Part shown: positions 1 through 14,200 of the stretch, in pieces
How positions within the stretch are numbered: position 1 is the first letter of the stretch
Layout of the letters: each line of letters starts with the position of its first letter
From: Eimeria praecox
Lineage: Eukaryota
NCBI GenBank assembly: GCA_963920595.1
Contig: OY986950.1
Location: 5,084,001-5,148,000, forward strand
DNA length: 64,000 nt
Reading direction: 5' to 3'
Made by a program: the position numbers and the translations under genes
The notes under the pieces: model-generated
Seen by the model: the letters and a program-made list of their open reading frames with translations, nothing else
Told to the model about the DNA's origin: nothing
Database searches by the model: none

Positions 1-3000
1 TCATGCTGCACATTTGAAAAATGAGCTTCACGCTTCAGAGCGTGAGTGCAGTTGCAGCCCTCGAATCGCGTGCGTTATACATCTCCTTGCAGGTTGCATT
101 GTGGCTGGTGAATAATCCACAGGAGCTCGCCTGCGGTGGCTTCGTGTCCAGTTAGGAAGCCTCTGTTATGGGACATGCGTGTGGAAGAAACCGTCAAGCC
201 ATGCATCGACGCATACGACCTTCTTTTGCCGGCATCGCCCTGCTGCCGTGTCAACACTGTTGACTGAGTGCTCACGCCGGTTTTCTTGAAAGCAGCACGC
301 ACACGCAGGAGATCGTGCAGGAACGAACATCGTGTGTTTTGCTTTGGGCCTCTCACGGTTTGGCTGCAGATGCCAATGCACACTGCGACGAGGACGTCTG
401 TTTACGCTGCGCAGTCTGTTGTTTTTGGCAGGCGGTAAATGATGATGCATTCAATCGTGAAGGGACACTAGGATGCAGGGGCTCACTGTCATTGTAGAAG
501 TGCGCAGCGTGCCTCAGAAAGCTACTGATATTTCCTGTAGACGGCACAGCATATGTTCAGGCACCAGGGCATTACCGCTACGGTCTGTTTGCGCGGTAGT
601 GTGCATAAGCGAACTTTGATGTTCGTTTAGTTGGCTGTCGGGGCATGCGTTTCACTGGCTGTTGCCTGGTGTACTGGTTGACACCGGTAAAAGCTTGCGT
701 TTTTGTTCTTGCGATTGGACTCGTGAGCATGCTGTATATCCACGTGCGCTCGACTGCTGGCTAAGTAGTCAGCCTAACCTTTTGCTGCGTTGCGCTGTTG
801 TGTTGCATGATGCAGATTTACCTCGCTGTGTCTTCCAAAACCGAAATCCGTTTGCTTTTAGGTTGGCATAGATTGTACGTTCCTGCTGCTTACAGGACCT
901 GACTCGCTTGACGTATACCTACGGAGGACAGTCTGTAGGAGCTTTTGAAGGAGCTTTGGTCAGGTAGATCTTCTGTGGGGAGTGCCCATTCGCAGTTCAG
1001 CTCCACAGTGACTAACTTCGGATGTGCCTGACCATGTGCTTGACATGCTAGCTGGTTCTGAGTGAGAGTTCAACATTGATTCCCTTTTAGCTTCAGTAAG
1101 CATGAACACGTTACCTGATGAGATTCGCTGGGTTGGCCCATTGCACCTAGAGTGCGACGCTATAAGGATGAAGTTGGAGGAGCCTCCCTGTTAATTGTAC
1201 CAGCGCCGCGCCCTGCTGCTTGCTATGATTATCTTGCAGCTGGCACCAGATGCGTGGAAGGAGGAGCATCTCTATCAAGAGCTTAAACTCCCGCCTCCTG
1301 CGCATGCTTGCATCGGCTTGCACGATTCATTTTTTTGTGCACCGGGGTGGTTGGTGCAGCAAGAAGTGACCTTTGAGTAAAGCTCAGGATTACTTTGACT
1401 CTACTTAAGCTTGCGTCAGTGCTCTGTGTTGGTGGCAACTAAAGCTCTGCTGAATTCATGCCATCGGCTGACACTAATAAGCCGACTCAGTGCCGGGTTT
1501 TCATGACGGCGATGCGCTGATCGGTCAGCTGCGTGATCCGAGGCCAGCAAAGCCAAATGGGTGTGGAACCGAAAGTACTGCGCTGCGTTTGGCGTCGACG
1601 CCGACAGAAGCCCTCTTTTCTCTCTAGTGGCAGATGAGTGTGTGTAGTTACAGCCCTCAAAGCTGCTCGCTGCAGCACCTTATTTCGTTGGGGACCGAAG
1701 TACACGAGGTACAGCAAGTGAGTGAATGGCCACGTTAAACGCGATTTTAGGATGGAACGCCTTCGTCATCTGTTTAGCTGTGCCGGCTTCTCATTCAGCA
1801 TAGGTAATGCCATAGGCTGCTGCTATCAGGAATCTCAGTTGGGCGCAGCTGTTGTGTACTGATCATGGATGGTGGTAGGCAATGGACAAGCGAGCAAGTG
1901 TATCCGTGCTGGTTGCCATTTGACACGGGATTATGCAGGACAGCCGCAGCAGAGGCTGAAGAGCCAAATTGCGAATGACGCTCAGTTGTGTCTACGGCCT
2001 TGCATCTCCCTCTTCTGTGTCTATAGACGAAGATTCCTGGACACGCCGGCATTGCTTTTCGAGCTCGTGCTTGTCTGTGTGCTGCGTATCAATACTATGA
2101 CGCGCAGAAAACGCGAAATATCTTAACTCGCAGAAGCGCATGCACTGTGGTGGAGCTGCGCATTTTACAGTGACTGGCCTGGAAGGAACCGCCTAAGTTG
2201 TCTTTTCTGATGGGCTAAGTTGTCGGGTGCGACAGCCCAGAGGAAGAGATGATTCTTACGGAGAAGTGCATTCGGGTGTACTCAGGCCAAGCAAGCAGTG
2301 GTGGCAGCATGTCCTGTGGGTGCTGTTTTCCGTTGCGCGCGGGGTCTCAGGCTGTGCGTTAAAGCACCTTGCTGTTGGATTGGCGTTGCATTTGGGTGGT
2401 GCTGTCCAATAGAACAGTTGACGACCGGCGGGGATATAGCCAGGATTTGAGTTTTGTCGTATGCTGTATGCCGCTGCAGGCACCTCTGCCGCATGGTGCC
2501 CCACACGAAGCGTATTCACGTGCACGCAAGTAAACAGTACCGATCGATTATTCGTAAGCAGCGTTTTCCCATTTGAGAGAAAACGCATGCGCGGGATGTC
2601 GCGCTAGGTGCACTTCTGAAAAAAAGATTTAGATGACGTTTGCAAGGGGAAAGGGAGGATGTCAAGCAGCGAGTACGTATAAGCCCGATGTGTACAGCAA
2701 TCCATGGGCGAGGGCGTTTACCGCGGGTAAGGCTTGACTGCCAAGGTGGCGCGGGACAGCGGTGCATGTTAGCAAGAAGCTCGATCGGCGAAGGTAGTAC
2801 TTCTTGCTCGCTGTACCAAATTGGAAAATTGGATTTGCTTGAGTTTGTGGGGGTGGACGGACGAGCTACTTACCCCGTGCTGCCAATGCGAGATCTTGTT
2901 AGCTAGCAGGTGTTACGGGTAAAATGATGGTTTCCACACCAGCTTCCCCATTTGCGGATGGGAAGTCGGCGAAGTCCATATAAGCATTCGCCAAGCAACC

Positions 3001-6000
3001 TAATATCTAATTGATTCCTCTGCTGCTGGCGTGTGCTGCAACGCGTTCAAGCCAGCTTATAGGTATCCCGAATATCATGGGTTTGCGTTGCTGTTGATTT
3101 ATCAGTAGGCTTCAGGGTTGTTGCCCATTCAAATTTTTCAGTTCGTCGTACATAGTGGCCACGCTTACCACAGTGGACTTAGGGATTCATGGGTTGGGCA
3201 AATACAGGATGTGCGCGGACGTGGATATACACGATATACATGGTTCAAGATCTTAGCCAAGCATTCGAACGCGTCTCACGCCATGAAATTGCATAAGAAA
3301 CCCTTATGCACCTGTAGTCATTGTGGTTCCGTCCACGTACGAGCATCCTCAATGGAGGGATCAATTTCTTAACAGCTGGTGGCCGCTGTAAGCATGCGAA
3401 TTCCCCGAGGAATTTTAATCTGCAGGCAGTTGAGAATGCCCAGCCAGCGGGTCCATTGCTGCTGCAAGAATACACTAGCTGATCTTTCTATGCGTCGCTG
3501 CAATTTGTGCACCACGGTGCAAGAGATTAAGGGTAGACCACTGTTTCCTTAATCCTCCCAGCACAAAGCGAACGCGCACATCAGGGCTGTCATTTTGCGT
3601 CTGTCGCAGATCAGGAATGGGATTGTTGCTTCTTCACTTGCCGTTAGAAGCGGACACTTGCGAATGGATCGCGTTGGCTAGGCGTACTGGTTTTTTAGTG
3701 AAACTCTTTTTTAAATAGACAAAAGAACAGTTTCCGGGCCTCAATGCATTTCGAGGAGAACCAGCTAGCTCCGAATTCGATGCGCCCCGCGCCTTCCTCG
3801 TATGACATATGTGACGCTCGTGCTTCGCTGTTGTAGTCGTTGGCTTGTAGAGTGTCTTTGCTTCTGTATGTGCACGTTCGCTAGGCGATGAAGGGGCTAT
3901 AACCATTTTGTTGGGAGCAGGGTACCAGGAATAGTGGCTTTCGTTTAAAATCGGTTTGTGCTTCTCGCAGACAGGCACGAAAACGAGGTCATCATGCTGC
4001 ACATTTGAAAAATGAGCTTCACGCTTCAGAGCGTGAGTGCAGTTGCAGCCCTCGAATCGCGTGCGTTATACATCTCCTTGCAGGTTGCATTGTGGCTGGT
4101 GAATAATCCACAGGAGCTCGCCTGCGGTGGCTTCGTGTCCAGTTAGGAAGCCTCTGTTATGGGACATGCGTGTGGAAGAAACCGTCAAGCCATGCATCGA
4201 CGCATACGACCTTCTTTTGCCGGCATCGCCCTGCTGCCGTGTCAACACTGTTGACTGAGTGCTCACGCCGGTTTTCTTGAAAGCAGCACGCACACGCAGG
4301 AGATCGTGCAGGAACGAACATCGTGTGTTTTGCTTTGGGCCTCTCACGGTTTGGCTGCAGATGCCAATGCACACTGCGACGAGGACGTCTGTTTACGCTG
4401 CGCAGTCTGTTGTTTTTGGCAGGCGGTAAATGATGATGCATTCAATCGTGAAGGGACACTAGGATGCAGGGGCTCACTGTCATTGTAGAAGTGCGCAGCG
4501 TGCCTCAGAAAGCTACTGATATTTCCTGTAGACGGCACAGCATATGTTCAGGCACCAGGGCATTACCGCTACGGTCTGTTTGCGCGGTAGTGTGCATAAG
4601 CGAACTTTGATGTTCGTTTAGTTGGCTGTCGGGGCATGCGTTTCACTGGCTGTTGCCTGGTGTACTGGTTGACACCGGTAAAAGCTTGCGTTTTTGTTCT
4701 TGCGATTGGACTCGTGAGCATGCTGTATATCCACGTGCGCTCGACTGCTGGCTAAGTAGTCAGCCTAACCTTTTGCTGCGTTGCGCTGTTGTGTTGCATG
4801 ATGCAGATTTACCTCGCTGTGTCTTCCAAAACCGAAATCCGTTTGCTTTTAGGTTGGCATAGATTGTACGTTCCTGCTGCTTACAGGACCTGACTCGCTT
4901 GACGTATACCTACGGAGGACAGTCTGTAGGAGCTTTTGAAGGAGCTTTGGTCAGGTAGATCTTCTGTGGGGAGTGCCCATTCGCAGTTCAGCTCCACAGT
5001 GACTAACTTCGGATGTGCCTGACCATGTGCTTGACATGCTAGCTGGTTCTGAGTGAGAGTTCAACATTGATTCCCTTTTAGCTTCAGTAAGCATGAACAC
5101 GTTACCTGATGAGATTCGCTGGGTTGGCCCATTGCACCTAGAGTGCGACGCTATAAGGATGAAGTTGAAGGAGCCTCCCTGTTAATTGTACCAGCGCCGC
5201 GCCCTGCTGCTTGCTATGATTATCTTGCAGCTGGCACCAGATGCGTGGAAGGAGGAGCATCTCTATCAAGAGCTTAAACTCCCGCCTCCTGCGCATGCTT
5301 GCATCGGCTTGCACGATTCATTTTTTTGTGCACCGGGGTGGTTGGTGCAGCAAGAAGTGACCTTTGAGTAAAGCTCAAGATTACTTTGACTCTACTTAGG
5401 CTTGCGTCAGTGCTCTGTGTTGGTGGCAACTAAAGCTCTGCTGAATTCATGCCATCGGCTGACACTAATAAGCCGACTCAGTGCCGGGTTTTCATGACGG
5501 CGATGCGCTGATCGGTCAGCTGCGTGATCCGAGGCCAGCAAAGCCAAATGGGTGTGGAACCGAAAGTACTGCGCTGCGTTTGGCGTCGACGCCGACAGAA
5601 GCCCTCTTTTCTCTCTAGTGGCAGATGAGTGTGTGTAGTTACAGCCCTCAAAGCTGCTCGCTGCAGCACCTTATTTCGTTGGGGACCGAAGTACACGAGG
5701 TACAGCAAGTGAGTGAATGGCCACGTTAAACGCGATTTTAGGATGGAACGCCTTCGTCATCTGTTTAGCTGTGCCGGCTTCTCATTCAGCATAGGTAATG
5801 CCATAGGCTGCTGCTATCAGGAATCTCAGTTGGGCGCAGCTGTTGTGTACTGATCATGGATGGTGGTAGGCAATGGACAAGCGAGCAAGTGTATCCGTGC
5901 TGGTTGCCATTTGACACGGGATTATGCAGGACAGCCGCAGCAGAGGCTGAAGAGCCAAATTGCGAATGACGCTCAGTTGTGTCTACGGCCTTGCATCTCC

Positions 6001-8287
6001 CTCTTCTGTGTCTATAGACGAAGATTCCTGGACACGCCGGCATTGCTTTTCGAGCTCTTGCTTGTCTGTGTGCTGCGTATCAATACTATGACGCGCAGAA
6101 AACGCGAAATATCTTAACTCGCAGAAGCGCATGCACTGTGGTGGAGCTGCGCATTTTACAGTGACTGGCCTGGAAGGAACCGCCTAAGTTGTCTTTTCTG
6201 ATGGGCTAAGTTGTCGGGTGCGACAGCCCAGAGGAAGAGATGATTCTTACGGAGAAGTGCATTCGGGTGTACTCAGGCCAAGCAAGCAGTGGTGGCAGCA
6301 TGTCCTGTGGGTGCTGTTTTCCGTTGCGCGCGGGGTCTCAGGCTGTGCGTTAAAGCACCTTGCTGTTGGATTGGCGTTGCATTTGGGTGGTGCTGTCCAA
6401 TAGAACAGTTGACGACCGGCGGGGATATAGCCAGGATTTGAGTTTTGTCGTATGCTGTATGCCGCTGCAGGCACCTCTGCCGCATGGTGCCCCACACGAA
6501 GCGTATTCACGTGCACGCAAGTAAACAGTACCGATCGATTATTCGTAAGCAGCGTTTTCCCATTTGAGAGAAAACGCATGCGCGGGATGTCGCGCTAGGT
6601 GCACTTCTGAAAAAAAGATTTAGATGACGTTTGCAAGGGGAAAGGGAGGATGTCAAGCAGCGAGTACGTATAAGCCCGATGTGTACGGCAATCCATGGGC
6701 GAGGGCGTTTACCGCGGGTAAGGCTTGACTGCCAAGGTGGCGCGGGACAGCGGTGCATGTTAGCAAGAAGCTCGATCGGCGAAGGTAGTACTTCTTGCTC
6801 GCTGTACCAAATTGGAAAATTGGATTTGCTTGAGTTTGTGGGGGTGGACGGACGAGCTACTTACCCCGTGCTGCCAATGCGAGATCTTGTTAGCTAGCAG
6901 GTGTTACGGGTAAAATGATGGTTTCCACACCAGCTTCCCCATTTGCGGATGGGAAGTCGGCGAAGTCCATATAAGCATTCGCCAAGCAACCTAATATCTA
7001 ATTGATTCCTCTGCTGCTGGCGTGTGCTGCAACGCGTTCAAGCCAGCTTATAGGTATCCCGAATATCATGGGTTTGCGTTGCTGTTGATTTATCAGTAGG
7101 CTTCAGGGTTGTTGCCCATTCAAATTTTTCAGTTCGTCGTACATAGTGGCCACGCTTACCACAGTGGACTTAGGGATTCATGGGTTGGGCAAATACAGGA
7201 TGTGCGCGGACGTGGATATACACGATATACATGGTTCAAGATCTTAGCCAAGCATTCGAACGCGTCTCACGCCATGAAATTGCATAAGAAACCCTTATGC
7301 ACCTGTAGTCATTGTGGTTCCGTCCACGTACGAGCATCCTCAATGGAGGGATCAATTTCTTAACAGCTGGTGGCCGCTGTAAGCATGCGAATTCCCCGAG
7401 GAATTTTAATCTGCAGGCAGTTGAGAATGCCCAGCCAGCGGGTCCATTGCTGCTGCAAGAATACACTAGCTGATCTTTCTATGCGTCGCTGCAATTTGTG
7501 CACCACGGTGCAAGAGATTAAGGGTAGACCACTGTTTCCTTAATCCTCCCAGCACAAAGCGAACGCGCACATCAGGGCTGTCATTTTGCGTCTGTCGCAG
7601 ATCAGGAATGGGATTGTTGCTTCTTCACTTGCCGTTAGAAGCGGACACTTGCGAATGGATCGCGTTGGCTAGGCGTACTGGTTTTTTAGTGAAACTCTTT
7701 TTTAAATAGACAAAAGAACAGTTTCCGGGCCTCAATGCATTTCGAGGAGAACCAGCTAGCTCCGAATTCGATGCGCCCCGCGCCTTCCTCGTATGACATA
7801 TGTGACGCTCGTGCTTCGCTGTTGTAGTCGTTGGCTTGTAGAGTGTCTTTGCTTCTGTATGTGCACGTTCGCTAGGCGATGAAGGGGCTATAACCATTTT
7901 GTTGGGAGCAGGGTACCAGGAATAGTGGCTTTCGTTTAAAATCGGTTTGTGCTTCTCGCAGACAGGCACGAAAACGAGGTCATCATGCTGCACATTTGAA
8001 AAATGAGCTTCACGCTTCAGAGCGTGAGTGCAGTTGCAGCCCTCGAATCGCGTGCGTTATACATCTCCTTGCAGGTTGCATTGTGGCTGGTGAATAATCC
8101 ACAGGAGCTCGCCTGCGGTGGCTTCGTGTCCAGTTAGGAAGCCTCTGTTATGGGACATGCGTGTGGAAGAAACCGTCAAGCCATGCATCGACGCATACGA
8201 CCTTCTTTTGCCGGCATCGCCCTGCTGCAGTGTCAACACTGTTGACTGAATGTTCACGCCGGTTTTCTTGAAAGCAACACGTACGCG
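1..8287. repeat. Tandem duplication with a 3991-bp period: two full periods (1-3991, 3992-7982) plus a partial third (7983 to ~8287); may extend left of the window
   Basis: The sequence and the ORF track repeat at exactly +3991. Only about five substitutions were noticed between copies 1 and 2. The third copy is identical to ~8227, diverged to ~8287, then unrelated. Confidence 0.97.
39..8023 (+). CDS. Candidate micro-exons carried by the 3991-bp repeat
   Basis: Copy 1: AGC 39-41 (cag/gtgagt), GCG 432-434 (cag/gtaaat), ATT 872-874 (tag/gtacgt), CAA 1715-1717 (cag/gtgagt), GCT 2351-2353 (cag/gtgcgt), CGA 2670-2672 (cag/gtacgt), GAT 3208-3210 (cag/gtgcgc), 12-nt CTGGTGGCCGCT 3376-3387 (cag/gtaagc). 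Copy 2 (+3991): 4030, 4423, 4863, 5706, 6342, 6661, 7199, 7367-7378. Copy 3: AGC 8021-8023. Reads S-A-I-Q-A-R-D-LVAA per unit and may be incomplete. Confidence 0.55.
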
Positions 8288-11200
8288 TAGTAGAGCTTTC
8301 AACGGACAACAGGCTGTCTCCTCGTAGGTCGATGGAAATGGTGGCATGGCCAGCGCAAAGTTCTCTTCAGTGTCCTGTCGAACAGTAGCAATTGCAAGTG
8401 TTCTTGGCACGACGCGTGGCCCCTGGATGTGGTACTTCAATCATTTCATAGGATTTGGCTGGGGCGTCTGCGTGCCTTTGCATACTTTACATGGTCAGTT
8501 TGATGTGGCACAGACTCAAGTGGTGCACCAGCCTACAGTGATGTATATCTCCACGTAGCCACTAATAGCAGCTTGTGCGTTGTCATTGATGAGGAAGCCA
8601 AAGCCGACGAGCAGGCTTCAGAGGCGCATAGCCACTGTGGAGGGCCAGCTTCTCTTACAATTATTGTGATTGCCACTAGCTCGCAAATTGGAATCATGCA
8701 CCAGGATATCCAAGTAGTTCTACGTTTCGGGCCACCTTTAAAAAAAACCACGTTGATCGTCCTTTGGCCGGCTGTCGAGAAATCTGTTTGATTAGCTGAT
8801 GGGCGCCGGTTATCCTCTATAGCTATCCTTTGCCGTGTGTAGTGGCAGGAAGCGGTTGCACGTGGTGCTTATATCCGGATAACCCGTTTGATAATTACCG
8901 AAAGCAGGCTATGTGTCGCCTTGATAGCCCAATAGGCCACGTAGCCTGGGGACTATGACAGGTGGCTCGGGCACGATTTAGCTCGTTTCTAGCTAGCTGA
9001 GTAATTACAAACCTTCTGAGCCGGGTGGTTGAATTATCGGCACATCGTATGCTTTCTTTTTCAATAAGGCTGTGCGTTTCTATCCCCGGCAATACGTGTA
9101 TGCCTTTAAATGTAAGGGCGGCCCAGGAAAGCGGCGAAAATCATCTACGCCGTTGCTGGCTAACTTTGATGCTGTGCGTCTGGTTGCTTGAAGCGACAAT
9201 GAGCGACTTTAGTATATATAAACTGGCGTGCATGCTTGGTGAGTTGAGCTGAGGCATCTGGAGGACCCAAGCAGGTGGTTTGCTTAACGTGGAACTGAAC
9301 ATCTCGCCATTTGCCTGATTATGCTTGAGGTGCCGATGATCAACTGCGTCAAGCCCATCAAAGAGTGCTAACGTTAACTGCTTCCTGGCCCGTGTCGTAT
9401 TCCAGTGTTGTTCTGCATGCTTGTGCCTCCACCTAAACTAAAGACTGTGGGTCGTTAGCCAAGTTGAACTGAGTTTGATGCTCGTGTGCCTTAAGCCTGA
9501 GCCTACCCTATATTTTCTGCTGCATTCAAATGCTGAAGACGTTTACCGTTTTCCTCCTTCATCTGTATAGCGCGAACTTGCACTATTTCACTAACGCACT
9601 GGCAGCCATTGCGTAAACGAGCGAGTATTCTTGCTGTCGATTTGATTTCGCCATATTGCACGGAGCGCTGACTTCTAGGGGTGCTCCACCAGTGGTTACA
9701 AATGTCAAATTCGCCCGGTTACAACCAGCATGTTGTGGCTCGTTCACGCTTTCCTCCAGTAATGTTCACTGGGCCCAGCAGGCCTTGTGCTTTAAGGTGG
9801 CGTTTTTCCCTGCATCTTTAGATGGATGCTTGCGAATTCTTCATGAATTTGGAAACGGTTCCGTTGCTCGTGAAGCGCGGCGCCAACTACCAGCGTCCGA
9901 ACAACCAGGGAGACGCCCCAGTGGGATACTGGCCCTGCGCGTTATTTTGAGCGGCGTCGTACTCATAATTGTGACTCGTTCAGTGGCAGTTGCATTCTGG
10001 TGAGCCCTGTTCGCTCTGTAATAACTTCGTTAACTCAGGAAGTACGCAACTGCCTTGTTCCTATAACACAAGTCAAACATGGCTAGCCTTGTTGAACACA
10101 CACTGAGGTTGTCGTCTAACGATCGCGTGGTGCTTGTCATGCTCGAGCACTGCCCGTTCGAGATGCAGACAGCGGATTTATCGCTTGTTGGTGCTGCTAC
10201 TGTTTCCGGCTCTGCCAGCCTGATTTGAAGACAAGCGAAAGTACGTGGCCCTCCATCTTTGTATGGTAGCTTGCCTTCCCTGAGAGCGTGATTGCTCAGT
10301 TGTGCACTGAGGTAAGAATGTTTTTGCCACCAGCTTGGCTAAACGATTTTATCGAAGCTGCATTTTCAACAAGCGAAACCGGCGCCGGATATGTTGGGCG
10401 GGTGCTGGTTGACAGCCAGTTAAACTGGAACGCCTTTATCCATTGCAGGAATTGTGTCTGGAGTAGAGGAGCCATACACCCAGTTTAGCTTCCCTTTGCG
10501 TCGCATTTGCATTTATGCGCAATACGGAAAAATTGAAGCTGCATGCGCACGATGGCGTTGCACTTGTTGAACGCCGCTGGTAAGGCCCTCGAATGAAAAT
10601 GGCTACCAGGTTCCCCCTAAGCCAGTTACTGGCTTGGACATGATGGGGCTCCGCACCTGGACACTCACGCGGCTGCAGATTGTTCTGCCCACAACTTTGC
10701 ATTTCGATTTTGCTGTGTTACTAAGATAGAGAGCAAATTCTATGCTATTTCGCAATATAGCGAGTACGACAAGCTTCAACCTGTGCAGGAATGAACTTGC
10801 ATTCAGGCTCAGTCTAGCGATACTGACCCAATAAGAGCTGCTTCACCTTTTTAAGGCCATATTCATGGCTCCCTTTACCCCATCAAAGGCACTGCAGATT
10901 GCAGTAAATTCAAGATTTACTCTATAAGTGCGGAGATCGTCCTGAAACTCAGGGAAGGCTGCCTGTATCTTGAAAGAGCCAGCCTAGTAGGTCTTGGTAC
11001 CTAAAGCATGGCCTTTGGTTAACCTGGGCTTACTGGCAGATGCAAAACCCACTCAAGGGTGCTTCTCTCTAGAGGAGAAAGCCCCAGGGAGCCTTGTTCT
11101 CTGCTACTCGAGTTGCTTGGCTGGTGCTGTACGGAGAAACAGAGGCAAGCTTGCCTAAGCCTGATTCTTTGCTTCCGTTAGCATGCACAGGCTGAGGCCA

Positions 11201-14200
11201 TGGAGTGCTTGGTGAGAACGGTATTTTGGCTGTTGGCTGGGGGGGGGGGCTGCAAATGTGAAGCGAGCTGCTTAACTGCCTTCCGTTGCATATCTAAGAG
11301 GGTATCTTAGGCTAAGCGCGGCGGTGACAACAAGTAAAATGGTGCGAGCCCGTTTGCCTATTACCCAAGAAACGGGCAATCTAGGAGGTACGTGTAGCTC
11401 AAATCTCGAGGCAGACCTACAGCTACGACAGAAAATGCAAGTCCAGGAGCCACTTCTGCTCCTGTTCGAGCTTCACTGTTGCGACATTCCTTACGTGCGC
11501 GTAACGCTCACAGCTTAGCTGCAGGCTGCGGCGCCTGTGTTCCATCGGAGAGTCGTAACAATACCCAGTTTCACGACGTAAGCGTGGGATGCTCTCATTG
11601 ATGAAATCCCGACACTGGCCATCACTGCATAGTCTTATGAAATGACGTCCACAAGCTTCTACAGGCACACCAGAATAGGTAACTGTCTTAACATGGAGCG
11701 AACCTCCACAAGCTGCCTGTCAGGAATGTGAGGTTGTGCCTCTTTTCTCCTTTCCATATTAGCGGTTGTTTCATACTAATTTCGAACTAAGCATCCTCTT
11801 AGCTTGAATGAGGCACCTGCCCCGATGGGTCCATTTATTATATTGTACGGGAAAAGCATGCATGTGAAAAATGCGCTTGCGTTTTGAAGCAGACCGGGAA
11901 CAACCAACCCCACGGCGTGTGGACTACCCCAGGCTGTGCGCATCCAGCTCGTTTTTCTTGTCAGGTGAAGCTAGTGCTGGTGTTCCCAGAAACGCTGGCG
12001 AATGCCACGGGGCTCAGATAACCACCAGCGAAACAATGTTGCGTTAAGTTGGCATGCTGCTTAAAATTAGGCTGGAGCAAGTGGCACTTTCTCGCGTTTG
12101 TCTTGTAGGAATATAAAGTGTGCTCTGTAATAGTTTTAGGTAATCCGATATACCTAAAGTGTTGTTGTTAGTTGTTTCCACAAACACTGCAAACTACCTT
12201 GAGTGTGGGCTACCACGGACACTGCACTCTTGGGGGCACACATTGAACATACTGGAAACATGGCTAGTCAACATGAGGTGGCACAAAAGGGGCAGTCTTG
12301 AAGGTTGCATGTGCTACCAGAGGCTGATTAGTACTTACGTGCTGCTAACGCCTCCACACTTTGCTAGGGTTGAAGCGGTGCGCGCAGTTGCGAATCCCTT
12401 AATGCCAGTGGCCTGTCTAGCAGGCATTAGGTGGTTTTAGATAAGTGCCCTTTTGCGGTTACTTCCATGTTGTGGCTCGGACTGTGCTTCTGGAATAGCT
12501 CTAAAGAAACGTTTCGCGGACCTTGTGTGCTGCCCTACACTCCAACAAAAGAACCCACAGGCCATCCAAGGCTTACTTGGTGTACTAGTGATATGCCGTG
12601 ATGAGCAGCTTGTGAGCTATATTCATTTTGGCTGTGAATGACTCACGGTAGCTAAGCGCAAACGCTGAATGTAAGTGCGGATATACGCTTCTGCATATTC
12701 ACGACAAAGCAGACCCCATGTCTGCGCTGGGCAGCGTCAACCCATCATATGCGGTCCTCGCGTGCTACTTGTTGTTTTGTTCAGGTATATGGGTAAGCAC
12801 ATAATGTAATGCACCCTAACTGGTGAGAAGGGCAGGGGTGCACGAGGAGATGAGAGATGCAAGGCAAACAGTCTGATGGCGGTGCACTCCCTGTGGTGTC
12901 GTAGCACGTTTCGGAAGGTACCATCTTGTGCGAATGCCTTCCCTCCCATGCACCACATTTCCCGAACCGATGCTCCCAACCAAAGGGAACGTGCCATATT
13001 GCTTTTCATCAGCTAGTGCGTTGCTGCCGGATGATGCGCCGACATGTATAAGCAGTGGGAGGCCGTAAGCCTCAGGCTGCAGAGTCCAGCTTATTTGTGC
13101 ATAGTGCAAAAGTAGAGCTCTTTTTCTTAAGGAGTCGTCTAAGAATTCACGGATTGCGTTAAAGCAGATGCTGTCGTACTGGCAGCGTGGCGCTGACGTT
13201 TTTAGGGACTATGTGTCCTAGCAGATGATCCGGCGAGCAACTGCTTGCTTTTGGGGCGGACCCGTGACACTGCTTCGATCCATCCAGAGGCCCCTGATGT
13301 AAATCTATGCAGCAAATTGCACCAAGGTCCGTATATTATACTAGCATATGTGCTGGCCGCACGCGCCCTCTTCCCTCTGGAAATATATGGCTTGTGAAAA
13401 GCTGTGAATTCTAGACGGTGAGTTGGCAATCAGCATGGACTGGCTGGGTTCGTATCACACTGTAACCCTATGCTTTGCAGAATGCAGCTTATGGTTTTGG
13501 CGTCCTTGTCCCTAATGCGAAGTGCGAGCTCCTTTACCACAGTTATTGCAGTTCTATCAGGGCGTCACCAAGCTCATTCGGGTATTCGTAGGCTCCCGAT
13601 TTTAAGGTAGCGTCAAGTCGATTGACGCAGTGTATGTGCGCTTTAACAGCCATTAGCTGTGTATTTTGGTATGGACAAGAGCATGTGTTGCGCCAGAGCA
13701 ACAAATGGCAGTATGATGGGGCGTTGTCTGTGTACGTTCAAAGGTATCTGAATTGGAAAGACAGGCCAGTCCGGCTGCAGCCATCGTAGGCGAAAGGCCA
13801 GTGACACAAGCCGTTGACCTATTTGGCCCTGTAATGAAAAGTGGTGCAGCAAGCTGCCTTTTACTGCTCCAGCTCAGAAAAGCACAGGAATTACTCCGAT
13901 GGCTTGGAAGTCGCAATTCTCGGAGGCTCAAGCTGCCTGCTTATGGATATGAAAAATTGAGGCTGCTGAGTCGGAGGAAAGGCAACGTCTACAGACTGAC
14001 TGAGTGCTGAACGTTATCAGGCATTCATAAAGGCGTTTGGTGGACAGGAAGTAGGCGTAGGAAAGAGTCGGTTATGAAGTGTTAGAAACAGTCAAGAAAT
14101 ATTGCAGTTGGAGTGCCTCATGCGATTTGCAAGCTGGAAGTGTGAGTTCATTTCCGGCGGGAGTGCTTGGTTGGCACTTGATGCTGGAGACATCTGGTGC

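Noticed and set aside
896..963. Possible 68-nt conventional exon (tacag...cag/gtagat) reading DLTRLTYTYGGQSVGAFEGALV
   Set aside because: Weak donor, length not a multiple of three, and only 21 nt downstream of the ATT candidate at 872-874. It cannot be fully excluded without cDNA.
8271..8286. aaagCAACACgtacgc as a 6-nt exon (also cagATTGCAgtaaat at 10898)
   Set aside because: The homologous position in repeat copies 1 and 2 lacks the GT. Single instances are within chance expectation, so I left them uncalled.
11239..11249. G11 homopolymer
   Set aside because: Isolated simple run in a presumed intron with no associated structure.
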